Source: Vicugna vicugna
Taxonomy: Eukaryota
Reading direction: 5' to 3'
Assembly (NCBI GenBank): GCA_013265495.1
Contig: MU058667.1
Span: 124,001 to 188,000 of the forward strand
Length of the DNA stretch: 64,000 bases
Position numbers and translations under genes: made by a program. The notes below the pieces were generated by a model, which was given only the letters and a program-made list of their open reading frames with translations, did not search any database and had not been told where the DNA came from. Below, in pieces: positions 52,901 to 64,000 of this stretch; positions within the stretch are counted from its first letter, which is position 1, and each line of letters opens with the position of its first letter.

Positions 52901-55375
52901 CAGCATTTAGTGTCATATGTGTTCTTAATTTTGGCCACTCTAATGTGTGTGGTGGTATTTCATTGTTGTTTTAATTTGCATTTCCTTGATGTATGTTGTG
53001 GGGCATTTTTTCATAAGCTTATTTATTTTAATCTCTATGTGTCTTTATGTTTAAAGTGGGTTTCTTGTAGATGACATACAGTTGGGTTGTTTTTGGATTA
53101 ACTCTGACAATCTCTGTCTTTTAATTGGTGTATTTACACCACTGACATTCAAAGTGATTATTTACCATATTTGTTATTTGCTCTTGTTGCCCATGTTCTT
53201 TGTTTTGATTTTTGTCTTCCACTCTTATTCTACCTTTTGTGGTTTTAACTGAACATTTTATATAGTTCCATTTTCTCTCCTTTCTTAACATGTCAGTTAT
53301 ATTTTTTTTAGTGATTGCCTTAGTTTTTACAGTATACACTTAGAACTCATTCAAGCCCACTTTTAAATAACACTATACTCCTTTACCGGTAGTGAGATTT
53401 ATAGTAACAAAATAGTCCCAATTCCTTCCTTCTGTGTTTTGTATCATTGTTGTCTTTCACTTATAAGGATACATAGCACACACACAGATACATAGACACG
53501 CAGACACACACACACACACACACGATACATACATAAGTGTAACTAATCAAGTACGTTGTTGCTAGTATTTTGAACAAATTGTTATCTGTTAGGACAATTA
53601 AAATTAAGAAAAAAAGAACAATAACATTTAAAATCTTACCTTCACCTCCTTAATGCTCTACCTTTCTTCACGTAGGTGAGTTTCTAACTCGTATTTTTCT
53701 TCTCTCTAGAGAACATTTAACATTTCTTGCAGAGCGGGTCTCCTGGCAACAAATAGTCTCAGTTTTGTTTGTCTGGTAGAGTCTTTATTTGTCCTTCACT
53801 TTTGAAGGATAATTTCACAGGGTGCAGAATTCTGGGTTGGCAGTTTTCTCCTTTCAGTGCTGTAAATGTTTCACTCCACTCTCTTGTTTGCATGGTTTCT
53901 GAGAAGTCAGATGTAATTCTTATCTTTGTTCCTCTATAGGTAAGGTGTGTTTTTCCTCTGGCTTCATTCAGGATTTTTCTTTATCTTTGCTTTTCTGTAG
54001 TATGAATAAGTTATGCCTAAGTGTAGTTTTGTTTTGGCGTTTATCCTGCTTGGAGTTCTGTGAGCTTCCTGGATCTGTGGTTTGGGGGTCTGACATTAAT
54101 TGGGAAATATTCTCAGTCATTACTGTTTCACGTATTTCTTCTGTTCCTCTCTTTCTTCTCCTGCTATTCTCATTACACAAATGTTACACCTTTTGGAATT
54201 CTCCCATAGTCCTTGGATATTCTGGGTTTTTTTTTCAGCCTTTGTTCTCTTTGCTTTTCAGTTTCTGAGGATTCTACTGATAGATCTGTAGTTCAGAGTC
54301 TCAGCTGTGCTCAGTCTACAAGTAATCCCGTCAGAGGCCTTCTTTATGGTTCTTAGGATTTCCATCTCTTTGCCTGCATTGCTCATTTGTTCTTACATGC
54401 TGTCTACTTTGTCCATTAGAGCTCTTAGCATATTAATCACTGTTGTCTTAAATCCCAGATCTGCTAATTCCAACACCCCTGCCGTGTTTGGTTCTGATGC
54501 TTGCTCTTCTCTTCAAGTTGTGTTTTGCTTTGTAACTTTTTCTTGTTAGTCAGACAGGAGGTACCAGGTAAAAGCAATTGCTATAAATAGGCCTTTAGTA
54601 AGGTGGTGGGAAGGGAGGGGGGAGGGGAAGTGTTCTATAGCCCTTTGATTAGATTTCAGCCTTCCAGTGAGCCTATGCCTGTGGACTGTGAACTTCACAA
54701 GTGTTTCTCAATTTCCCCCTCCTGCTTGGCGGGGCAGGTTGGCTAGTGTGTGCTGGAGTAGGCTGTTTCACTTCTTTCCTGTGGAATTCTGGAGCCACCT
54801 ACAGCTGGGTATTTTCCTCCCCAGGTGAGTTAGTTCTGATAATATCCCAGCACGCCAGGCTCTGTTTAACTAGTTTCTCCTGTGGGCACGTCTTCTTAAG
54901 AACAGGGCGCTCTGGCTTATTTCAAAACGGTTCCTTTTCCGTCCCCCTGCTTGGAAGCATAAGAGGATTTTTCTCTGATATTCACTGTGAGAACTCAGTC
55001 AAGCTCTAGGAGGTAAAACACAAAAGTGTGGGGCCCCCATAAGGCTGGTGCCCCTGGAGTTTTTAACTCTGACTGTGCCTCCTACTATTTGTCCCAACTC
55101 CCGCACTGAGCCTCCTGCTCCTTATCGGTTACAGTGTGGGTTTTCCTGTCCTAGGTCTCATTCCCTCCCTCCGGGGCTTGAGCTTGTGCCTCTGCTCTGG
55201 TACGTTGTGATTCTCTGTATCTGCCTGCAGTCTCTCCAGTTTTGGGCACACCAGTTGGCAGTGTGACCTTACGTCTCTTATGGATACTGACTTTTCAGCT
55301 TGTTCAGCTTTTTATTTAGCATTAGAACTAACTGATCACTTCCTAGCTCCTTACATGGAAACTGGAAACTGGAAG
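49770..55375 (-). mobile_element. Mosaic of nested old antisense L1 fragments (3'UTRs, ORF2 pieces, ORF1/5'UTR at ~53000-55375)
   Basis: Peptides NEFSKVPG.KI..KS, WIKDPNTRTKTIKLLE and EEIRETVMTENISQLMSD. Includes (GT)n ~49888-49916 and (CA)n ~53505-53523. Confidence 0.8.
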
Positions 55376-56979
55376 AATAGTTTTTTTTTTTTTAGAATTC
55401 TATTTATTCTTCTTTCCTTTCCTTTTCCCTTTTCCCCCTTTCCTTTCCGTTCCTTTCTTTTTTGTTCTTATTCTACAGACTGTTATCTTTAACTTTATAG
55501 CTTCTTAGTGTTAATATTGTCGTCTCGCAAAATGTAGAAATAAGTTTAGGTCCATCTTAGAGGCTGCTTTCCATGGATCTCTTTTTTTCCCCTTTTCTTT
55601 TTTTCTTTTTATTTTTTTTGGGGAGAACAGTCATTTACTCTGGCACTAGGAATTCAGTTGACTGCTTTTTCTCCACTGGGTTGTAATGCTCCTTGTCGTT
55701 GATCAGTTTTTCATATAAGTGTGTGTTGTTGATTTCTCAGTTCTTTCCTGTTGATGTGTTAGTCTAGGTCTTATCTTTACAATTTTAGTTTCAAAGCAGT
55801 CAAACTTTTCTTTGAAGATCAACATTTGCTTGACTACTCTAATACCAAACTAATACTGAGTTTTTAAAAGCTGTAACTTTTTAAGGCATAAAGAGATTTC
55901 CTGAAAGTGAGGTGATAACTTGGATTTTGGTTACTAGTTTACTTCCTATTCTTTTTTTACGTTTAATAGTTGATTTTTTTTGAAGCTTTCTGCTTTTATT
56001 TTTTTCAAGTAAGCTATTGCACTAGTGTTTTATTCATAGACACTGGGCATTCATAGAAAATTTATAGGTGTTCTAGATTATGACCTGTTCTAAATATTAA
56101 TTGGAGTAATTTACTGTTTTGAGATCTATTCAGAATTTTAAACTTAGCTTCTTTTTAAGTATTATCCCATGGTTGCTGAAGAAAAATTGATTTTTATCTT
56201 TTTGTGATTGTTACGTAGTTGAACTTTTGTGATATATGTTGATTTTTATTTATTAGGTGATGCAGTTAATACCTGGAAATAGCTCTTGAGTTCCTTTTTT
56301 GAGAGATACGTGTGTATACATACATCAGCCACAAACACTAGTTTGGGGTCTAATTAAAAACTTTGAAATTTAATTTTATAGTATTGTTCAGCAGCTAGTG
56401 ACTTAACTTTTTAAAAGGCGAGTTTAAAAATTGTTTTTGGCGTTAACTTTAAAGCCCAGGAAAGCGAGTCTTTTTGCTTTCTTTCTTTCCAAGTTGCTTT
56501 ATAGTGTGTCTTATTTAAGAAAGTCTGGTCTGTGTTTATCTTGAATTGTGCAAAAGTTAACTTAGTGGTCTTACTTGCTTTGAAAAGTTTTTTTTACTTA
56601 CTATAGATTTTTATTAAGATTTCATTAAATATGAAAAAAAGATTTCATTAAATATCAAGATCTCTTAATAGAGCGTAAGTAATTTACAAAGTTTTAAGTT
56701 GTGTGTGTTTAAAAATGATTATATCTAGTGCCCCAAGTGAAGCATGTTAGTATTATAGTTTTTACTTTAAGGAAAAGGAATTTGTAATTATGCCTTTAAT
56801 TCACAAAGAAAATCGATGATGTGTTGGTGGAGACAGTAGGCAGCTTGAAATGTGAGTGTAAACTCAGGAGAAGCATGGAAGTTATAAAAGTAAGAAGGGA
56901 CGTTTCCTCCTTGTAGGTGGCCATTGAAGCTCTGGTAGAAGATCAGGGTCTCAAAGCTCAGAATAAGGAATGGTCTGAA

Positions 56980-57323
56980 ATTTATGACATCACTTATACG
57001 TGGAATCTAAAAAAAATGATGTGAACTTATTTACAAAATAGAAGGAGACTCACAGACAGAAAACTTACGGTTACCTAGTGGTGGAATTGGGCAGGGGGGT
57101 GCAGATTAGTTTGGAGTTCGGGATTAGCAGATGTACACTGCTATGTACAGAACAGATAAACAGCAAGGTCTTCCTGTGTAGCACAGGGACTTATATTCAA
57201 TGGCTTGCAGTAACCTGTAATGAAAAAGAATATGTATATATTTATGTATAACTGAATCACTATGCTGTACACCAGAAACTAATACAATATTGTAAATCAA
57301 CTATACTTAAATTAAAAAAAAAA
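56980..57323 (+). mobile_element. L1 3' end with poly-A
   Basis: atcacttatacgtggaatctaaaaaa...gactcacagac...tgctgtacaccagaaactaatacaatattgtaaatcaactatactt plus A-tail. Confidence 0.88.
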
Positions 57324-57632
57324 GGCAGTCTGAGGTTAGAAGCTGGGAAACAGCAACATTTAAGGAATCAGTTTTCCTTGGATCTTTTATCAATGGATCA
57401 GTTGTCAGATCATCCTTTTAAAAATAAATATTTATAATATATTAGAAAAAGTGGAAGAAATAGAATGTGGAGGATTGGAAGTTTTTTTAAATTAGCAAAT
57501 AGTGGTAATCTTAATTTTTAAGTCTAAAGCTTTATTTATAATGAAATCTTTATTCAGATTATACATTTTGTACTCAGTTGTATAATCAGCTTTTCAAAAA
57601 GCATTTAATGAGGTACAAACATACAATATGGT

Positions 57633-57634
<2 letters not shown>

Positions 57635-57666
<32 letters not shown>
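57635..57666 (+). repeat. (AC)n microsatellite
   Basis: Direct observation. Confidence 0.95.
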
Positions 57667-57670
<4 letters not shown>

Positions 57671-60600
57671 GGATGGATGTATAGATGTGTAAGGGAAGAT
57701 CTATCTATATTCATAAATATATCTTCATCTGTATTGATTTAACTTTCTTTCCTCTCTCTCCAGCGTATTCATCCACTCATCCATCTATCCATCCATTCAT
57801 CCATCCAGCCATCCTTCCCAGTCTGCCTTTACAGAATTAAGCATGCTTTGCCAGCTAGTTCTTGACACCTTGTAAGAGGGCAGCTTACTTAAATCTTAAT
57901 CGCATCGCTGTGGGGTTCTTCGAAAGCTTTGAAGTTGTTTCCAGGGTTGCTTAAAAAATTTGTGCCACAAAGAACTGTGATCATAGTGACTCAGCAGGAA
58001 GCGTTGGTAACATCTAGTTTATCCCTAGGTGGGCTGTTAGGAACTAGTCTTCTTTCTCTTTATCTAGGAAGTGCTTTGTTTGTGATTCAGAAAGAAGTTG
58101 TTCTGATGGATTTTGTTTTGTAGAATTGTTATGGATTTGCTTTGATATTTAGTATTAGTTTAGATAAATTAAAACTGCAGGGTGCTCAAACACGGACATG
58201 GATTAAAGTATCAAAAACTGCACATTTATTCTAAGCATATTCATGGGTTCAGTTGTTAAATTACACTGTTAGTTGTGAAACTTCTAAGCAGATATAACCA
58301 AAATAATGCAGCTATATAATATGTGAATAAAAGAATACCATGAATTTGGCCTATAATAAATAATTGGTATTTCCAAGTTTCAGTGTCATGTTATCTTCAC
58401 CAAAAGAAAATTAAATTACCTTGCAGTCTTCTGAAAGGCATACTCTGTATTATCTACTGTATATATAATAGAACATAATTATAGACTCTTGTTCTAGACT
58501 GGAAGTTTATCTTATGCATTCCTATACCTTAAAAAAGTATTTTTACACTCTTCTTAAACATTCTAACAGATGTAAATCTGTTATATCTTGAAAGACTTTC
58601 TAAAATGATTAAATAGCATCTCTTAGTAAACCATTACAATGTTTAGGAACATTCACTTTGCTTTTCTTTAATCTCTAATTTCTCCTTATCTGTAGAACAC
58701 ATATGTATATATAGAATATATAAATATTTAGAATTTAGACGTTATACCATTCTAACTGTATTCTGTAGTAACTTTAGTTATGAAATGTGTTACCTACAGT
58801 GTTACTCAGAAATTTGAGCAAGTTAGCTAAAGAATATACACACTGAAGTTGCCAGAAAAAAACATTATTGTCCATCTACTTAGATAAAATAATGTCATTA
58901 GAAGGGAATACTTGGAATTTCAATAGAATGTGAGGATACCTTTTAGTTTACTGAGATGTTAAGAAAATTTAATTATTTTTACTATTTTCCCGTAGGAATA
59001 GTGATACTCTGATTACATAGAGTTAGTTCTTACAGCAGGGGTTCTTAATACTTTTTTAGATAATACCCTCTGCTGTGCACACCCACTTGCATTTTGCTTG
59101 AAGGTTTGAGAGGTTCAGCCCCTTCCCCCATCAAAAAAAAAAAAAAAGAAACTTATCTGTAGTTTTAAAAAGTACTCCACTAACTTTAGACTGCTTATTC
59201 ACTGAGCTTCACCAATCTTCTGATCTAGTGATGCTCAGTAGACTGGGAGTATTTGTGTATCGGATTTGTGAAGTTTAAAAAGATAGTGTCCTCCTTCTTG
59301 ACCCCAGCCCTCCCTCTTTACTCCTAGGCAGTCTTTTGTTCTAATTGGCACCTCCCCCTTCCCCATCACTGTTGTAGCAGTGTTTTAATATTATAACTTG
59401 GTTTCCAGAGAGAAGTTAACCCACTAGGAAGGGAGTGACATGTTTGTCTTCAGACTTAGGCTATATATAGTCAAGTGTTAAAATAATAAAATGGTATTTA
59501 ATTAACTTATCAGTTTCCTGTAATACTGAACATCTCTGGAGAAGTGATAAAATAAATTAACTGTTCTGATATTCTGCACCTACCAGGTTGACATTGGAAT
59601 GGAGGTGGAAGACACTGTAGCAGGGAAATGCACCAAAGAGTGGCTATATAATCCAACATATCATGACCTTCACAGATACTGACCTCTCATTCTTGAGGCT
59701 GTTTGCTCTGGGTTGGAATTCAAATAAAGCTGGGAAGGAGGTGATCTTCCTCATTATTTGGAAACGATAAACTGAAACTTGAGACCAGAACAGGACATAA
59801 TCTAATAACAGTACATCCTCTGCTTTTTTCCAGTGACAAGAGTGTGTCAAGGCTTTATTCATCCTTAAGGCACAGAAGCCTGTTAGGACACCATATTAAG
59901 CAAGTCAGTGAATTTTAGAATTAAAACTTAGTAATGCAAAGATTTTTTTTTTGCTGTAGAAGCGGAGCATTGGAAAAAAACATGAAACTGGAATTGGATG
60001 AGCTTGCTTTTTGCTACTTTTTATCTTTAAGGAAACCACTTAATTTCTCTGCTTCTTGGTTTTCAATAGACTGAGGAAAATTGTATCTGTGTTACACTAC
60101 ATAGAACTAGTGAGAAGATAAAATCTGATTTCATGATATTAAGTATACCTTGTAAATTATTAAATTTTATGCAGGTGTAAGATAAAAGGATCATGTTTTT
60201 GCTTGCTAGTAAATTGGTATCATTAATCGGCCCTCCTGTCTAGTGGCTATCTTTTGTGACTATATTTCTATTAAGTATGTCTACTATGTGTTCTTTTTTA
60301 TAAGGCTGGGTTCCTCTACCATTTGTTTAGTGCCTATCCCGGTACTATTGCAGGTTTGTGATATTATGAAGGTGAACAAGATAATCTTTGCTCAGTAGAG
60401 ATAAACAGTTACAGATGGAAGCTAGTGGTGATTCTGGAGTTGGATTACTTGTCAGTGTTAAAGGCAGAATTGGATTAGAGGAACAAATGTTTTTGAAGAT
60501 AACATACATTAATTCACTTTAGAATGAAATGTATTTTCAGGTACTACCACTGAAATTACAGAAATTATATTTTTATTTTGGTTTTGTAATTAAGAATTTC

Positions 60601-62349
60601 TTTCCTTCATATGTAACCAGCCATTGGTAAGAATAGGTGTCACTTGAGAAGGATTTAGCTTTGCTGTGTTTGTGTGACTCTTGGATGTTGATGTTACCCG
60701 AACTTTTCTTGATATAACTTGTGTAAAGTAAGTACTATTAGAACATCTATGATTTAGAATTCGTAGGAACTATAAGATTGGTAAGAATTAGGAAGAACAG
60801 TGTCAATTCATATGTACAAATCATAGACAAGAACAACTAAAAAGGGGTCTTACACATCATCAGTGATTCTGAAATTCTTTTTCAGGGGAGCAATAGAATT
60901 CTGTTGTTCTCTTGAGTTGCATTTCAGGACCTGCTGAAGAGGGACATTGGGGGAGTATGGCTCAATGGGTATGTCTGGACCCCTTCCCATTTCAAGCAGG
61001 GTGGGCCCAATATTATGTTTTATATATTGGTGATAAGTGTAAGTTTTTTTCTTTAAATAGGTTTCATGTTTAAAAACGTAAGTTATATAACTAGTTTTCT
61101 TCCCATATTTTAATGACAAAACTACAGAATGCTAGAGAATTAAACTTACCTGGAACCTGGATTTCCTCACTTCACTTCAGTGTTGTTCAGTTATATCATA
61201 CTGCCTCCATGTGGCTTCAGTAATATTAAAAATCCTATTAAGTCATTTTAAATGATGAACAATCAAAACTAAGCATGACTGGATCTGACATCAAGATTTG
61301 ACTGATGATGTTAATATCAACACCTGGCATTTAAATGAAAAGTGATTTGATTTTGGTACTTACCATGCTTTATACACAAGAAATATTTTTCTTTGAGTAA
61401 TAAAAATGTTTATAATTGAAACTCAAATAAATTTTTATAATTTTCAGAGTTTTTTCCCTTGAACTCTTAAAACGTTAAAGACCTCCTTCCGGGAGAACAG
61501 GATATATTTCATTTATGGTCTCATATGCAGTATAAGTATAATAAAATGATTCAGGCATAAAATTGTTCTTATCTTTGAGTTTCTTACCTGAATTCTCATT
61601 AGGTAGATTTAGTAAGTATGCAATTTTTCTGTCAAGTGAGTGTTTACAGAGCTTTTATTTATCCTTTGGTGTTAGAAAGTTCACTTAGTGCCTCGCTTTT
61701 CACTTGACAATGAAGTTAAAACAAGATGATTTAGTATGATTTGTCATGATATCTAAGGAACAGTTCCATTGTGTGTGAAACAAATAGAATCCCTGAATTT
61801 TAGAAAATAAATTTGCACTTAGTTAGAATTGTTCCAGCCTTGACCTCTTGGCAAGATGAATTTGTTAGGTTTCTTCACTAAATTTAGAATTCTCTAGCAT
61901 AAACATGGACTAGTAGCAAATTGTACCTCTCTTCCTGTTAATAAGTAATGATAAAGCAATAATGATAAAGCAATAGTAATTTTTGAAATTGAGATATGAT
62001 TGACATATAACATTATGTTAGTTTCAGGTGTAGAACTCAACGATTCGATATTGATACATACTGCAAAATGATTACCACAGTAAGTCTAGCTAACAATTAC
62101 TAGGCAATAGTTATTTTAAAGAGAGAAATTAATGACCAGTAAACAGAGTGTTTAATGACTGCTGAACAGAATGAGTTGTATAATCTATTCAGATCCAATG
62201 ATTAGGGTACTAAAAACTTAGTTCAGCGTAATGTACCCCTTTTTCTCAACTCCGATAATTGCTTTGATAGATTTCTAAAAAAAATGATAAAGTGATTATT
62301 AAGTCACATTGATGCTTAGTCTCATTCTGTCTCTTAAAATTATTTGCAG

Positions 62350-62383
62350 GAGAGGGCTGCTCACAATTTATATGGCCAACTTG
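62350..62383 (+). CDS. TMEM135: TMEM135 coding exon 4 (34 nt); gene continues past the window end
   Basis: Acceptor tttgcag|G. Encodes (R)RGLLTIYMANL. Donor TTG|GTAAGT. Exons 1-4 total 396 nt = 132 codons with no stop. Confidence 0.94.
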
Positions 62384-63629
62384 GTAAGTAATTCTTTTTT
62401 GTTTTGCTTTTGAGGTTTCTCCATGTGCTTTTTTTTAACCTCTTTTTTTTTTTTAAATCAAGTTCCCTTACAAGAGAAGGGAAAACCCCTTAAATTTGAG
62501 AATATTTTCTGTGTCTGTTTTTAAAGAACAGACTTAAATGTTTAAAATAGCCTTGCTGCTATCTCGTTCACTCCCATCACATGGACTGAATTGCACTTAT
62601 TTCAGGAGGAAAGTGATTCACTGCCCTGTGCCCTTCATGATTCTTTTCTTTTAAGCTTAGATCTTCGTCTTTGATAGGATATATATCTGTATCTGTATCC
62701 CTCTCTTTTTCTGTCTTTAATTTCATTTCATGCTCTGCTTCTATTGCTAACTTCTTACAGGAAAAATGATTTAAGGATGAGCTTTTATGATGTACATTCT
62801 TCTTGGACATCAGAATAGCATTGATTCTACCTCCAAATACTGAGTATGTTTAATAATATAATTAGCCAGTCTTCTAAATTGTTAAGTTTACAGAATTGAC
62901 ATTACTGTCTAGTTTGATGTGCTTTATGGTAAGTAAATAATCAAGGTTATGTAATTTTCATTGCCAAATTTGTGTTTTAAAAAACATATCTATATTAAAA
63001 TCTTTCAGAATTGTTTAATGGAATTGATAGTAAACATTGAAAAATTCAATTAAGAAAAGAGAAATAATTATTTACCTAAGGATAGGTTTTTGAATTCTGT
63101 AGCAAGAGAGTTATATTTAGCAGCTTAATTTCAGTTCTAAAATATTTAATTTTTACTCTGTGCTTACCATGTATCAGTGACTGTGCTGTGTGCTGGAAGG
63201 CACGCTAGAGACAGTCCTTGTACTCCAGGAATTTGCTATTGGGTAGAGTAGAAATAATGTCTGAAGAGGGCTGAAAGATGAATCAAAGGGTGCCCTGGAA
63301 ACTGTAATAGTAGCATCAAACTATTTCAGGTGCTGCCTTCCTTTCTTTTTTGTAAAAAAAACTTTGAAAATTATGTCTGCATACTAGAATGCATTTGAGT
63401 TTTAATGCATTTTTTTCCCTTTAGTCATGCACCTGCTTTCCTATGCTACCACATGGTGATACTTTAATACCCAAACGTTATATGTATTTATACATTTACC
63501 TTTAGGTTCTCCGTAAACTTCCATAAACTATTTTTATGTTCCTTGATTTAGATTGTAAATACCTGGAGAGAAGATACTTGATTTTGATTGATATGATCAA
63601 TGTTGGAAAGTACCCTAAAATTACTGTAT

Positions 63630-64000
63630 TTTTTTAGACTTTTTATTTTGAAATAATCATAGGTTGATATTGCAGTTGTAAGAAATAATAGAGAAATATC
63701 ATTTTCTCTCTACCTAATTTTCCACAACAGTATTATCTTTAAAAAAATGTTAATAGTAGCAAAATTAGGACATTTACATTATTTACTGTGGTCAAGACAG
63801 AGAACACTTCCTTCACTGGCATTCTTCACGCTGCCCTTTTGTAGTTACATTCACTTCTCTCTCACTCTAACCTCTATCGCCCAACCTCTGGCAACCACTA
63901 TTTATTCTTTATTTCTATAATTCTGTAATTTCTACAGTCATTTCAAGAATGTTATATAAATAGAATTATATAGTACCTACTATTTGTCATTGTCTATTTT
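63630..64000 (-). mobile_element. L1MB-type 3' end (runs off the window)
   Basis: tttttattttgaaataatcatagg...gcagttgtaagaaataatagaga...ctggcaaccact..., similar to the element at 40945. Confidence 0.75.

Overview
Mammalian genomic DNA, probably a camelid or related cetartiodactyl (inferred from the L1 3'-end sequences and the absence of recognisable Alu, B1, Bov-A or SINEC elements). The only functional protein-coding gene is the 5' part of TMEM135 (+ strand): a CpG-island promoter and coding exons 1-4 at 25371-25511, 45754-45881, 47987-48079 and 62350-62383. These join in frame to give 132 codons with GT-AG introns; the rest of the gene lies beyond the window. Just upstream and head-to-head is a decayed processed pseudogene of cofilin-2 (CFL2, - strand, ~21978-23775). 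It sits inside an L2, and its 3'UTR is split by a solo LTR with a perfect 4-bp target-site duplication (TSD). The remainder is mostly L1, L2, MIR, MaLR/ERVL LTRs, hAT and Tigger-like remnants and microsatellites; nearly all ORFs in the track are repeat-derived or spurious. I see no convincing new multi-gene system. The best leads are: (i) the promoter / LTR / CFL2-retrocopy arrangement; (ii) an adjacent DR4+DR1 nuclear-receptor module at the TMEM135 start; (iii) a 3'-truncated, tail-less L1 flanked by an 18-bp TSD; (iv) inverted young L1 ends bracketing exons 2-3. Repeat family names and comparisons to human sequences are from memory and need database confirmation.
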